From the human T2T-CHM13v2.0 reference genome, Homo sapiens, in the NCBI RefSeq assembly GCF_009914755.1, contig NC_060944.1: DNA of 64,000 nucleotides. One strand, 5' to 3'. Of this stretch, positions 33,436 through 51,999 are shown one piece after another. Below the pieces are notes generated by a model that had not been told where the DNA came from, searched no databases, and worked only from the letters and a program-made list of their open reading frames with translations. Numbering within the stretch: the stretch's first letter is position 1; the number at the start of each line of letters is the position of its first letter. The translations under genes were made by a program, and so were the position numbers.

Positions 33436-34397
33436 TTAAAGAACTTAACAGGATACTGCAATCAAGGCTGACGCGACCAGGGTATTGAGCAGACACAAGT
33501 CTGAAGTCCCCTGTATTTGCTTATGAGCTTGTGCGAGGTACCTCTAGGAATTTGTCCCCACTGCCAGCCCTGTGCCCCCGCCCTTGCCCCCACCACCAAA
33601 GCAGCAGAAGAGGTATTTTCAAATGGCTCAAGTCTGAGTGAGTTGGTGACATTTAGATTTATGGCTGTTAATGTGACTCCATTTGTTCTCATAAACTTGA
33701 GAGACCTAGGGAAATTTGAGTAACAAAGATTTTGTCACTGAACTCTACAAGTTTATCTTTCATGGGGCAGGACTATCTTAATTAAAGAGTTCATTTTATC
33801 CACCACTAAGCAATTTCCATAGCATTTAAAATATTTATATGACACAGTGTCTGGATCCATCCTTGCAGATGGGAGAGTGGATTGAAGCTCTCGCTCAGCT
33901 GATATCTAAGTAGGCTCATGTCCACATGTCTTGGGCCCCAGACAGGAGACCTATCTTACTAGGCTTTCCCTCCTCAGTTAAAACACAAACAGGTGCTGGT
34001 AAGAGGAAAAAAAAGAAAAGAAAAGAAAAGAAAAGGACCTAAAGTACATAACCTAAACTTACTCATTTCCACCTTTTGTCTCTTTTCACAAAAAGTATTT
34101 GATAGACAGCCTCAAGGCTAAACTCTCTCTTGGCCACCTTCCTGCTAAACAAAGTGCTTATAAACAATTTGGTAACTGAACCATGTTTCAGATTACGTGG
34201 GATATGTCATAAAATTTTCCTAGGAATCCATTCCGGTTTTTTTAACCCCAGGGTTACATTCCACCAAAGCTCCCCTTCCATTTTTGGAAGGAAATACCAA
34301 TTACTTGGTGGGAAAAATGTTACCCTATCAATACAAATTGAATACACGTTCAAAATTATAGATATTGATTATATATATGTATATATATGTATATATA

Positions 34398-34428
<31 letters not shown>

Positions 34429-34685
34429 TACCATGGTGAAACTACACAGTCTGTGTTTGGCATAGGAAAGGCCAATCTACCACCACACCCACCATGCACA
34501 CACACATGCACACACACAACTCTGTTGTTCAGAGCTTTCCAATGAGCCAGAAAGAGACTTCTTGCTAACATTTAAGGAAGACTTTGTCCTGGATAGATGA
34601 TAATTGGGACCAAGAATTTTCTCATGAATTCAGAAACTTAATGAAAAAAAATTATCTATAAACAATTACTCCAAGAAAAGTTACA

Positions 34686-34990
34686 GGCCAGGTGCAGTGG
34701 CTCGCACCTGTCATCCCAGCACCTTGGGAGGCCAAAGCACGCAGATCATTTGAGTCCAGAAGTTTGAGACCAGCCTGGGCAACATGGCAAAAACCCATCT
34801 CTGCAAAAAAAATTAAAAAATTATCTGGGCATGGTGGCACGTGCCTGTACTACTTGGGAGGCTGAGGTGGGAGGATCACTTGAGCCCAGGTGGTCAAGGC
34901 TGCAGTGAGCCAGATGATGCCACTGCACTCCAGCCTGGGCAACAGAGTGACAGCCTGTCCAAAAAAAAAAAAAAAAGAAAAAAAAAATCA
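34686..34990 (+). mobile_element. Alu (AluJ-like)
   Basis: Alu consensus. Confidence 0.9.
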
Positions 34991-34999
34991 AGCAAGCAC

Positions 35000-36600
<1,601 letters not shown>

Positions 36601-37120
36601 ATCTTGATTTTCTCATTTTTTTGTAGTTGAAGGCCAAGAAAAGATACGTTTAAAGTCTGTAGCCCAGCTATTAGGGATACAAATAAGTGTGAAGTTATAC
36701 AAGAACCCTCTAGAGAGAGGCTGTTGGCCAGAGGTAGCATCTGCTTCTTTGGTGGTCTTGGAGCTTGAGAGTGTTGATGTCATTTGGTGTGTGGGGACCA
36801 AAGATAATGAGCAAACTGTAAAATGCTTGACTGTCTTGGACAAAGACGATTTTTCTCATACAAACACTCACAGTGTCCCTACGGAACAGTAAAGCAGTAG
36901 AACTAATAATAGCAATAACCAGCCCAAATTGAATGGAGGAGAGAAGAGAGAGGATTTGGGAGAAAGTGGTTTTGTCATTACTCTTGGTGAAGAGTCAATT
37001 GATTATATCCGAAGAAATGTAGGATTGAATAAATTATATACAAATATGAGTGTTCTTTTGTACTATTTGACTTCCTTTTGTTCCATGTGCATATATTAAC
37101 TAGTCAAAAAAAAATAGTTA

Positions 37121-37375
37121 AGCCAAGGCAAGAGGATTGCTTAAGGCCAGGACTTTGAGATCAGCCTGGGCAACATAGAGAGACCCCATCTCTACAAAAA
37201 ATTAAAAAATAAAAAATTAGACAAACATGGTGGCTTGCCCCTGTCATCCCAGCTACTCAGGAGGCTGAGGTGGGAGGCTCACTTGAGCCTGAAATGTGGA
37301 GGCTTCAGTAAGCTGGAATTGCACCACTGCACTCCAGCCTGGGTGACAGAGTGAGATCCCAGCTTGAAAAAAACG
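37121..37375 (+). mobile_element. Alu (AluJ-like, 5' truncated)
   Basis: Alu consensus. Confidence 0.85.
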
Positions 37376-38048
37376 GTTAAAAAGTAAAGATACTAGGGTC
37401 AGGGAAGAGGGTCGGGGGAAGGCAGGTAGGGAGAGGTGAGCTGGGGAAGCAAGTCATTTAGATACTGGAGGGGATGGATCCTGAGAGTATCCAGCATGCT
37501 GCCCTCTCTCTAGGGTTATATCTAGAAGGATGGGAGTGGACAATAAGACCGTCAGATTTCATACGAGTTTGGGATCTGAAGGTAGAGACCTGCCCCACTT
37601 CCCATCAGTCATCTGGAGTAACATGGTACCCATGGCATAGGGCTGCCCAGGCATCTTTGGTGGCAGAGGGACCTAAGTAGACCCAGAGAGCTTCTAGGGG
37701 ATGTAGGATGTTATAGGAGAGCAGCTAACATTTCCCATAACCCTGAGAAGGGCATGGAAGTCAGATGGGAGAAAGCTGGGGAACTGAGGGCATCTCATGG
37801 TTGGAACAAGGGGACCCATGAGTCTTGCCAGAGACCACATGGAAGCTCAAACATCTTGGGAGTAGCCAGGGAGGAAGGATGCTGTGCCCAGAACCATGAC
37901 GACATCCATGTTCCATCAGCCCACCACCACCGAAACAGAGATGAGACCCTGGCGAGAAGGTGGGAATGGGACTGCAGAAAGGAACATTTCAGAAGTAAGT
38001 AAATTTTAACCTAAAATGACCACATTTCTCAGAAATTGACCAGCATGA

Positions 38049-38445
<397 letters not shown>

Positions 38446-39900
38446 TAAATTATATTTTTTTAAAAAGTTTCAGGTGCTCTGTGTGGAGGTTAAAGGTAGA
38501 GACCAGGGATGTAATACAGTCACTACACAGAAGCCCCTAGGAAGACAGGACTCAGTGTAGAAGAGAACTCCCTCATAAAAGGAGTGACATCTGGGTCAGG
38601 TCTTAAGGGTGAGATGGGGAAGGACATTCTAGGCAGAGGCAGCAGCAAGTTCAAAGCCATGAGGAGCCTGGCTCGACCAGAGAACAGCGTGTGGTCCAGC
38701 GTGGGTGGAACAGAAGGTGGGAGGTGAGAGGTGTTTCATGTTCCACTTATGCAGCCAAGAAACAATATTCAAGACAAGTCAAATTCCCTGATTCCTGTCG
38801 TGTTTCAGGGACACAGCTCACCTTCCCCTATGTGTGTACTTGGTCCAAACCACAGGGCCAGACGGGGAGCCAACGCCACCTCTCACGGCGATGCAGAGCC
38901 AGCTGAGAGGAGCCAGCTGGGAGAAGTTTCTTGGAGGACAGACATGCTTCCTGGGCCAAGAAATATCAGGAAGAAGCCAAGGAGGGGAGGGCTGGACAGC
39001 ACAGCCAGCAAGACTGGTCCATTGACCCATTCCAGCCTGTCATGAGATGCCTGAGACGCTGACCCTCCGCCCAGAGCTGGCCAAATCTCTGCAGATGCAA
39101 AGCCAACTCCCAGGGCTTTACCACTTTGAGACTTTGACCGCCCATCCTTCCTGCCCCTGGCCCAGCCCACCCTCCTCCGTGCACAGAGATGAACGTTCAG
39201 CATGTTCTCTCCCACACTTGACCTAATCGCTTTGCTATGGAGACTTCCCCGACCCAGCAAGCAGCCCCACGCCTTCCTGCTGTGCTCTGATTGAGAACAG
39301 GCCCAAGCTATCCAGGCCTTCCAACAACCTTAACCTCTTCCTCCCCAGACCCAGGCAATCAGGAATGGTGGGGAGGAGAGACTTGAAGCATCTAAGTGAC
39401 TCAACAGAGAATGTAATTATGATATCCAGTCAATTGGCTCTTGTTCTGAAGGAATGATGACACCGTACCCAGGCAAGCAGGGAGGAGATGGGCATAAGAT
39501 GAGATGGGAGAGGCCATGTCATGCCTTGTATTGCAGGCCACGATGAGGAGCTGGGGGTTTCAGTCATATTGCAATAGGATGCCCTTGAATCATGGGTTTA
39601 TTATAGGAGTTAGACCTTATGTCCTTGTGGGAAAAGCTGGTGAGGTAACACCTGTAAGGATCACTGGAAGATCAGAAAGATGTCACAGTGGAAACGATGA
39701 AAAAAATCTACGGAAGGCTGTTCTTTGTGTGTAGTGGTAAACCTGGGTCAGCCAGGGCAGGCTACAAAGAAAAGCTTGACACGAAGTGGGAAAAAGCAAA
39801 CATGAATGGAGACCCAGGAAGCCACAGCAAAACCCATGAGGACAAATTGGAACCTGTCTGTCTTTCATACATCTGGAGTGACCTACAGAAGACGTCTGTG

Positions 39901-40206
<306 letters not shown>

Positions 40207-40974
40207 CCCTCAGAGCTGCAAATGTAGGAGGTCCAATGTGAGGAGCAGGAGCTGTCGGTCTGACTGGCCTCAGGCAGATGAGGCCATGGGGATGGGGACA
40301 GATGCAGCTGTGGTGGCATCTAGAGCCTGCACCCATCTTCCAAATGTAACAGCTGCTGCTGCTGTCTGTCTCTTTCCAAATCTTGCACAAGTTACTCCTG
40401 TGGCCAGCCCTGACCTGGACACACAAAGGGGAGGGAATTCTGGGAGATATGACTCCAGCTTAGCTTGGTTGACACAGTACAAGCTACTGCAGAGTCCAAA
40501 ACAGAGATGGAGTATAGAATAAATTGAGAGCTTTCTGTAATTCTGGTTTTGTTTAGTGTTACGAACGCACTTGTATAAACTTAGGATTGTTTCTGAATGT
40601 GGTTTTGAGAAGTTGTATTTGTAGGAGTGATGGCATAGGATTTCTTTGTTCCCAATTTTTTTTTTTTTTTGCATTTTTCCCTTTACTTGATAAGTGCATT
40701 TGCCTTCTGTTTTTCTTTTTGAGATCTACACACTTAAACCCTTTAATGGCTGTACCATTAGAAGTGCTTGATCTTAAAAAAATTGCAAGGGGATGCCATT
40801 GAAACCCTTTAAACTAGGAAAAGATGCAATCAAATTTACAATAAAAATATCACAGTGGCTGCCGTTTATACAATGGAGTGGCAAGGTGCAAAATTAAAAC
40901 ATGTAAACTGGTTAAGAGATTACTATGGAAGTTAAGAAACGAAACTGTGGTCATTTGGACTACAGGGGTGGATC

Positions 40975-41350
40975 AGTCAGCTATTGCCACAGTATTGCTG
41001 TGTAACTAACAAGCCCCTTAAAATAATGATAATTGGTAGGGAGCAGGTGGGATAGCTCTATTTCCTGCTGCAGCTCTGCCCTGTATGTCTGTCATTCTCC
41101 AGGCCCCAGAGGCTAGCCAGAGCATGTTCTCTTGATGATGTCTGAAGTGCAAGACAGCAAGCCCTGCCACACAAGCACATTTCAAGTCTTTGTGACAGCT
41201 CATTGGCTGAAGTCAGCCAACACGGCCAAGCCCAAGGTCAAGGCATATGGAAGAACATACCACCTTTAGTGGGAGGGGCTGCAAAGGCACATGGCAAAGG
41301 ATATGGACTCAGGGTGAGTGAAGAACTGAGAAAAGTGATGCGATCTACTA
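40975..41350. mobile_element. MaLR LTR (MLT1J/K-like)
   Basis: 'tcagtcagctattgccacagtattgctgtgtaac' start; 'cattggctgaagtc...catggcaaagg' end. Confidence 0.6.
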
Positions 41351-41989
41351 TCAGGGGTAACAGTGGATGTGGAGAGACAAGGGTAGACTCAGGAGGTGGT
41401 TGCAAGAAAAACCCACAACATGTGGTGATAGATTGAGTATGGAAAATGACAGAGAAGAAGGAATCACTCTGACAGCCAGGCTTTGAGAGAGGCTGATGGG
41501 GCTGGAGGAGAAGCATCCTTGGTGGAGAGGGACGGCAATGTTTCCAGTTTGAGAGGCATCCCGTGGTGGCTTCAGGTGAGTAGAGGGTCCTAAGTTCTGG
41601 AACTTGGAAACAAGGTCCAGGTAAAGGTTTAGAATAGTCATTGGCTTGTCAAAGCCTACCAAGTGCTTTGTGAAGTATTTGCTTGTGGCAATAACTTGTG
41701 ACGCCACAGGAGATCTGTCCTCCTTTCCCCAGCCCCACACCCTGCCACGGACCTCTGAAGACACCAGACCCCACGTGATTAAGTTCAAGGGGCATCATGC
41801 TGCCATGTGAGAAGACGATTCTCACTCAGGATCAGAGAGGCTGAAAGGAGATATCTGCATTTGGGTGGAGAGAGGGTTTTTGCTATTTCGTTTTGAGAAA
41901 ATTATTTTTAGAAGCTTCAGAGTGATGGGCAACTTCTTCTTATCTCCACTCTTAGAAGGAGACATCTGTGAAATTCAGTGGTAATTGTG

Positions 41990-44275
41990 TGTGTCATAGT
42001 TCCTTCAAATGCAGACACTGAGACATAGACTCGAATGCAAGCTGCAGAGCTGGAAGGTGCACGGTGGGGAAGTGAAGGACCCCCACATGGGGTGTGTGGA
42101 GCAGGTTACCATCGTGGGACACTGGGAGGGTGCAGTCCCACCGGGAACTCTGGGAAAGTGTAGAGCATGGTTCTGCTACCCCACTTGAGGGAATAAAGAG
42201 CTGACACTGATCCCTTCAATCATGAGTTGAGGGCTGCCCTGCGGGCATTATCCCCTGGCACTTCCTGTTTGTTCAAAATGTTCCCATGGGCAGCTTCAGT
42301 CAGGTGAGTGCTGACAGGAGGTGGGTGGACACTGCCAGCATCTCCCACAGTGGGGAAAGAGGTCATCCTGTCCATCACACAGAGAGCACGAAAAGGAACC
42401 CTCCACCCTGCAACGCGGCCAGAGCCACAGGTGTTGGGAGGAGGGAAAATAGTGATCACTTCCAGAGTTTCTGGGAGCCATGGGTTCTCCCTGGGATGCC
42501 CTGATGTAGAGGCACCTTAAGAGAGCATTCCAGGGATGCACGTGGATTGTTCCCCTAGGGTGGGATTGACAGGGGGGTAGAATGTGACTTCAGTTCTGGG
42601 GGAAGTGCCCCACTCAAGAATGCAGGTTCTTTGGCTATCCCAGATGAGAGAGGCAGCCTAAGTGGCCCTGAGGTGAGAGAAAAGGCCACTTGGACATCAG
42701 TAGCCACACAATTACTGATGTGTGTGTTCCTGCCTCTCCCACTTCTGGGGTACACCTGCCTTCCGTTGAGCAAACTCCCATGATGCCCAAGCCTTAAGCA
42801 GAGGAAAAGCAAGACGTACAGATACTTGAGGCCAAAATCTGTCAGTGTTGGAAACTGTTCTCTGCAGCTGCAGGGGAATGCAAGTGGGCCAGGGGGATAG
42901 AGAACAGGAATCTGAATGCACAGTCAGACAGGGCCGTGGAACACCCCCAACCCCTAGGCACCATACTGTGGCCCCATGCTCTATGGGGCTGGTGAGCCTG
43001 GAGTGAGGGAGGAAATTAGTGGGTGGGGTGTGGCAGTGGAACTGTACCAAACAGATCCTGAGTAGGACTGGAAGCCCCCTACCAAAATGCCTGTGCTGGG
43101 GAAGACCAAAGGAAAATTCTAATGAGTTCTCAACATCAAGAGAAGAGCAATCATAAAACAAATGTTTCATTTTTGAAACATTCAATTTGTGCTTCTGCTA
43201 CCTCGGATGAGAATACGAACCATGGCCATGGGGAGAGTGGGCAGCCTGAAGAGAAAAAAGACCCAAGGTAGGGTCTGCTAGTTGGGGTGGGAGCTTCCCT
43301 TTAAAACCTTTTGTAATTTCCCCATCTGTAAGATTACGTCCTGAAGGTTCATCACGGCTGATGTCTTAATGTGGCTTCACCCAACAGCAGCCCCTGCGTA
43401 TTATCTATTGCTACAGAACAAATTACTGCAAAAGTTTGCAGCTTAAAACAATAACAAACACTCATTATTTCTTACAGTTATTGTGGGTTATGGATTTGGG
43501 AGCAGCTCAGCTGAGTGGTTCAGGCTCAGGGGCTCTCACTGGGTTGCTATCAGGATGTCAGCTGGAGCTGCAATCATCTGAAGGCTTGACTGGGGCTGGT
43601 GAATCCACTTCTAAGATGGCTCAGGCAGATGGATATTGTCAGAGGGCCTTGGTTCTGTCCCTTGATAGGCATGCTTGCATGCATCCATGGCATGATTCAA
43701 AAGAACAAGGTGGAGATTTGTAAAGTCTTTTATGACCTAGCCTTGGAAGACACACATCACAGCTACTGTAGTCTATTCCTTAGAAGCAGTCACTAAATCT
43801 GCCCATACTCAAGAGGAGGGAAATTAGCTCCATCTATTGAAGGGAGGAGTGTCAAAGAATTTGTAAATATATTTTCAAATCACCACACCTTGAGACAAGA
43901 ATTTGGGTGCACATGGTTCCCCCTGTAGGCAACTGCAGCTCAATCCTGTAGGTCCTCTGCGATACTGTGTGGAACATTCCTCTGAATCATCCTATCGGAG
44001 GGTAGAAGGCTGGGGCATTTTCCCACTAAGTCCCGCCTTGCATTGTTAAGATTAAGATCCTGCCTCCCTCACTTCCAGGATATACCTGCTGTCAGCTGAG
44101 GAAACTCCCATGATACCCAAACCTTAAGCAGAGGAAAAGCAAGATGTACAGATGCTTGAAGCAGGAAGCTGTCAGTGTGCTGGAAACTGTCCTCCTTTGC
44201 AGCTGCAGGGGAATGCAGGTGGGCCAGGGGTGTAGAGAACGGGGAGAGAACATCATCTGCTGCGGCCTACAGGGC
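41990..44275. mobile_element. Cluster of ERVL-type LTR fragments with an MLT1-like LTR (~43397-43888)
   Basis: 'gcagacactgagacatagactcgaatgcaag', 'tgagacaagaatttgggtgca' motifs; MLT1 'tatctattgctacagaacaaattact...aaatcaccaca'. Confidence 0.6.
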
Positions 44276-44649
44276 AGCCCATTAGCCAGCCCTTGCTAGA
44301 GGCTCCATTTTCATTACTTACTTCTCTCTGTTCACATTGTATGCACCAACAAGGCTGAAGTGCTTGTTGCTCCCTGCACCTGCTCTGCTGTTTTATGCTT
44401 CCTTGACTTTGCTCAGTCAGCTGTCAGACCCCAGCATGAACAAAAAATTAGAAGAGCTCCTAGAAAGAGTTGAGAATAGCACCAAAAAAAAATTTCTGGA
44501 ACTAAAAAATTTAGTTTTATCATGAATATTTACATACACACAGTAAAACATATAATAGATCTCCATATGCCATCAGCCGGATTTAACAGCCATAAAGATT
44601 TTGCCACACATGTTTCATCAACTTCTTGTCTTCTGTCAGTACTTTTTCC

Positions 44650-46930
<2,281 letters not shown>

Positions 46931-47091
46931 GTATTTTAAAGCAAATTTCGGACACCATGTCATATCACCCCTACATATTTCAAAGCACATCTCTTAAAAA
47001 TATGCATGTGCTCTCATCTAACCACAATTTGACACATGCTTTATCTCTCCACCTTTTTTTTTTTACTTCGTGAAAGTATTTTAAATATAAT

Positions 47092-47386
47092 TCTTTTTCT
47101 TTTTCTTTTTTTTTTTGAGACGGAGTCAGCCTCTTTTGCCCAGGCTAGAGTGCAGCGGCACGATCTCGGCTCAAATGCAACCTCCGCCTTCCAGGTTCAA
47201 GCAATTATTCTGCTTCAGCCTCCCAAGTAGCTGGGATTACCATGCCTGGTTAATTTTTGTATTTTCAGTAGAGACGGGGTTTCGCCATGTTGACCAGGCT
47301 AGCCTTGAACTCCTGACCTCAAGTGATCTGCCTGCCTTGGCCTCTCAAAGTGCTAAGATTACAGGCATGAGCCACTGTGCCCAGCC
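47092..47386 (-). mobile_element. Alu (AluS-like)
   Basis: Alu consensus. Confidence 0.9.
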
Positions 47387-47722
47387 TTTTAAAGAGAATT
47401 CTTTAAGCACAATTATCAAAATGTAATTTTTTATGGCACAGGATCCCTGCATACAAATGTAACTTTTAAATTAACATATTTGGTTGATGAATTAAATGAA
47501 AGGATGGCCAACACAGGAAGCTAACAGATAGTGGAATAACAAGTACTGATTTTAAAAAATAAATAAATAATAAAACAGCAAACTAAGAATCTTTTCTACT
47601 AGACTAAGATATCACTGACATGTCAGAGTAAAAAAAGTTATGGACACGAGAAACATCAGAATGTACTGTACCTTAGAATGAAATCTCACAGAAAAGAACT
47701 CTGTCTAAAAACAAACGACTCA

Positions 47723-48010
47723 GGCTGGACACGGTGGCTCAGGCCTATAATCACAGCACTTTGGGATGCAAAGGCGGGTGGATTGCCTGAGACCAGGACT
47801 TCAAGACCAGCCTGGGGAGCATGGCAGAACCTCATCTCTACACAACATATTAATACAAAAATTAGCTGGGTGTGGTAGTATATGCCTGTAGTCCCAGCCA
47901 TTTGGGAGGCTAAGGTAGGAGGATCCCTTGAACCTGGGAGGTCAAGGCTGCAGTGAGCTGTGATCATGCCACTACACTCCAGCCTGGGTGACAGAGCAAG
48001 GCCTGTCTCA
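47723..48010 (+). mobile_element. Alu (AluJ-like) whose tail is expanded into a purine tract
   Basis: Alu consensus; TSD-like AAACAAACGACTC / AACCAAATGACTC flanks Alu plus tract. Confidence 0.9.
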
Positions 48011-48349
48011 AGAAAAGGAAGGAGGGAACGAAGGAAGGAAGGAAGGAAGGAAGGAAGGAAGGAAGGAAGGGGAGGGGAGGGGAGGGGAGGGGAGGGGAGG
48101 GGAGGGGAGGGGAGGGGAGGGGAGGGGAGGGGAGGGGAGGGGGGAGGGGAGGGGGGAGGGGAAGAGGGAAGGGGAGGGGAGAGGGGAAGGGGAAAGGGGA
48201 GGGGAGGGGGGAGGGGAGGGGGAGGGGAGGGGGGAGGGGAGGGGAGGGGAGGGGAGAGGGGAGGGGAGGGGAGGGGAGGGGAGAGGGGAGGGGAGGGGAG
48301 GGGGGAGGGGAGGGGAGGGGGGAGGGAAGGGGGGGAGGGGGAAAAAAAA
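48010..48349 (+). repeat. (GGAA)n-(GGGGA)n polypurine tract
   Basis: Directly visible; essentially all purine over ~330 bp. Confidence 0.97.
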
Positions 48350-48589
48350 CCAAATGACTCAAAACAGAGATATCAAGTTGAGACAGAGTAAAGAAAAGAG
48401 GAAACAGTGGTGAGCAATAGACCTTTCAAAACACATAGTGAAATCTAACAGGCTAATACACTGTATAAAATTGTGTAGTATAAGCACACAGTAAGAATTT
48501 ATAGCTAGAAGAAAGAATACAAGAGAAATTCAAATAATCAGCTGAAATGAAGAGTATTAACTTATCTCTGCAAAATTTAGGAGTTATGC

Positions 48590-48805
48590 CACACGTGATG
48601 GCTCACGCCTGTAATCCTAGCACTTTGGGAGGTCGAGGCAGGCGGATTGCTTGAGCCCAAGAGTTTGAGACCAGCCTGGGCAATATGGTGAAACCCCATC
48701 TTTACAAAAGATACAAAAATTAGCCGGATGTGGTGGTGCATGCCTGCAGTCCCAGTAACAGGGAAGCTGAAGCGGGAGGATCACCCGAGCCTGGGAGGTT
48801 GAGGA
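48590..48805 (+). mobile_element. Alu, 3' truncated
   Basis: Alu consensus ending after 'gggaggttgagg'. Confidence 0.85.
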
Positions 48806-49053
48806 CTATTTGCCGAGATTCCAATATGGATTTGCCTTATTGTAACAGAGACAGATAGATCAGTGGAAGAACCAATCATAAATATAAATTCCAGAAGCAT
48901 AAAACACTTAAATGTAAAATATTAAATGATAAAAATCAAGAATGAAGTATCGGACCACACATACAACCTAGGGATGGAGAAATTATCTAAAAGAAAACAG
49001 GAAACCCACTTGCTCTGCAGATCCAGATAGTTAACTAAGCATTTATAAAAGCT

Positions 49054-49226
49054 TTTTATGTATTATGGATATTCAAATCTTTATCTGTATTGCAAATATT
49101 TTTTCCCAAATTTATTTGTGTGTAGACTTTAATTATCTCTTGCCAAGAAATAGCAATAGGCAAATAAATTTGGGAAAGAAATATTTGCAATACAGATTAA
49201 GAGTTAAATACCCCTAATACACAAAA
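49054..49226. repeat. Inverted repeat, ~65-bp arms, 42-nt spacer, in old L1 sequence
   Basis: Inner arms 49083-49118 and 49161-49197 are reverse complements except for one extra G. Confidence 0.9.
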
Positions 49227-49562
49227 AATAACTCTCACAAAACAAAAGATAACCTAAAAGACAAATGGCAGATGACCTGTGCAGCAAATCACCATGGCAC
49301 ATGTTTACCTGTGTAACAAATCTGCACATCATGCACATGTACCCCGAACTTAAAATAAAAGTTGAAGAAAAAAAAGAAAAAGAAAAATGATAAAGAATAT
49401 GAATAGAAAATCCATAGAAGGGCAAATCGAAATGGCTGAGAAATAGAAAAGAACTACTTGAACACATTCGCGATCAAGGAAACACAACTTCAAGGAAATA
49501 CCACTTAAGGTACCATGAAATGTATTTATTAGACTGACAAAATTTAAAACGTAACAGCATTA

Positions 49563-50102
<540 letters not shown>

Positions 50103-51170
50103 CTAAAAACTAGGAATATGAGTATCTCTCAACTTTGAATAAGCTACGGTGGATCTACAGCAAGGAATACGTGAAATCATCAGGAAAATTAATTAGAGTG
50201 GGACCAGCTAAATTGTAGGGATTTCCACAAGATATTGCTCAGTAAACAATGCAAGATGCAGAAAAGTGTGTATGAGAGCAATGACAAAACATGAAGGAAT
50301 ATATGTGTGGTGTATATGTGTGCGTACATGTAGAATAGCTAGCTAGCTAGATGTTGACAGGGTTATGAGCATAGAGAAATGTGTGAATGATACCAAGCCC
50401 ATTGCTCACATGGAGCAAGGCAGGAGGATGGGCAGAAGGAGAGGGGGATGGCAGAGGAGAAGCAAACAGAAGAGATGAAAAAAAACTGCACTAAAAAGGA
50501 GTCCATGTGCATAAGATCTTGGTTATGTTAAATTGTATCTTGATGCATAAAATATGAAATCTGTATCTTCCCATTGGCAGAAATGCCCCCACCATATTGT
50601 CAAGTGAAAAAAGCAAGTGGCAGTGTAGTATGCTTCTATTTATAAGTGATACGAATTGGGATTTTGAGGCTCACAGTGCCTCAAAGGGGTTGGAAGGTTG
50701 GAGCGGCAATGGAGGAAGAGTCTTCTTGTCGTTCTGCTGGGGGATGTGTCTGGAGACAACACTGGTCCAGTTAAGGCAAGGGCTGCCTTGGTATGTGTGT
50801 AGGTTGGGGTAGGTGTGGGGGTGGTCATTGTAGACTTCGGGGTACAGCTCAAAGCAGATGCCTAAATCCCACTATCTGAGTCATTCCTTCAGTCTGAACC
50901 TGTGGTTCCAAGTCTGGTTTTATTTTTCCCAAGGATGGAAGGTTCTGGAAGACTTTGTCTACTAAATCATGTCATTTGTTAGGCAAAACCTCTCCCATCC
51001 TGGACAAAAGGTGGCAATACATATGAGGTGGCTTCAACACTCTCATATTTATACTGAGATATATTTGGCTGCAAATGTTATTTTAACGTCAAGCACAATC
51101 TGAGGAAGTACAAGTTTTCATATTAGTTTTAGAGAAGCACAGAGGGTTTCCTATTTCTTAACTTGTGATA

Positions 51171-51431
51171 CAGATTGAGTATCCTTTATTTAAAATGCGT
51201 GGGACCAGAAGTGTTTTGGATTTTGGATTTTTTTTTCAGATTTTGGAATATTTGCATTGTACTTACTGGCTGAGCATCCCTAATCTGAAAATCTGAAATC
51301 CCAAATCTGATATGCTTGGTCTCAATGGTCTCTCGTGCTCATGCTTTGAGCATGTCATCAGTGCTCAAAATGTTTCAGACTTCGGAGCATTTCAGGTTTT
51401 GAATTTTTGGATTAGGGATACTCAACCTGTA
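51171..51431. mobile_element. Tigger4a/MER46A-like MITE
   Basis: TIRs 'cagattgagtatcc' / 'ggatactcaacctg' with TA flanks. Confidence 0.8.
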
Positions 51432-51439
51432 TCAGCAAA

Positions 51440-51995
51440 TACAGGCATGTGTTGACTAACAACAGGGATACGTTTTGAGAAATGTGTTGTTAGACGATTT
51501 TGTTGAGTGAACATCATAGTGTTCTTACACAAACCTAGATAGTATACCCTATTACACACCTAGGCTACAGACCTACACAGCATGTTACTGTAATGAATAC
51601 TGCCGGCCAGGGGTCCCCAACCCCTGGGCCGCAGACTGGTACCAGCCCATGGCCTGTTAGGACTGGGCCACATAACAGGAGGTGAGTGGCAGGCGAGGGA
51701 GGGAGCATTACTGCCTGAGCTCCGCCCCCTGTCAGATCAGCAGTACATTAGAGCATAGAGTACATAGGAGCATGAACCCTATTGTGAACTGCGTGTGCGA
51801 GGGATCTAGGCTGTGGCTCCTTATGAGAATCTGACTAATGTCTGATGATCTGAGGTGGAGCAGTTTCATCCTGAAACCATCCATCCTCCCACCCCGCAAA
51901 TCCATGGAAAAAATTGTCTTCCACGAAACCGGTCCCTGGTGCCAAAAAGGTTGGGTACCGCTGCTGTAGGCAATTGTAACACAACGGGAAGTATG
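51440..51995. mobile_element. Tigger3/MER7-like element with nested MER1B (51608-51963)
   Basis: MER1 ends caggggtccccaacc / aaaggttgggtaccgctg; 8-bp hAT TSD CTGCCGGC / CTGTAGGC. Confidence 0.8.
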
Positions 51996-51999
51996 TTTT

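Noticed and set aside
47960-48413. Gly/Glu/Arg- and Pro/Leu/Ser-rich ORFs
   Set aside because: Translation of the GGGGA simple repeat
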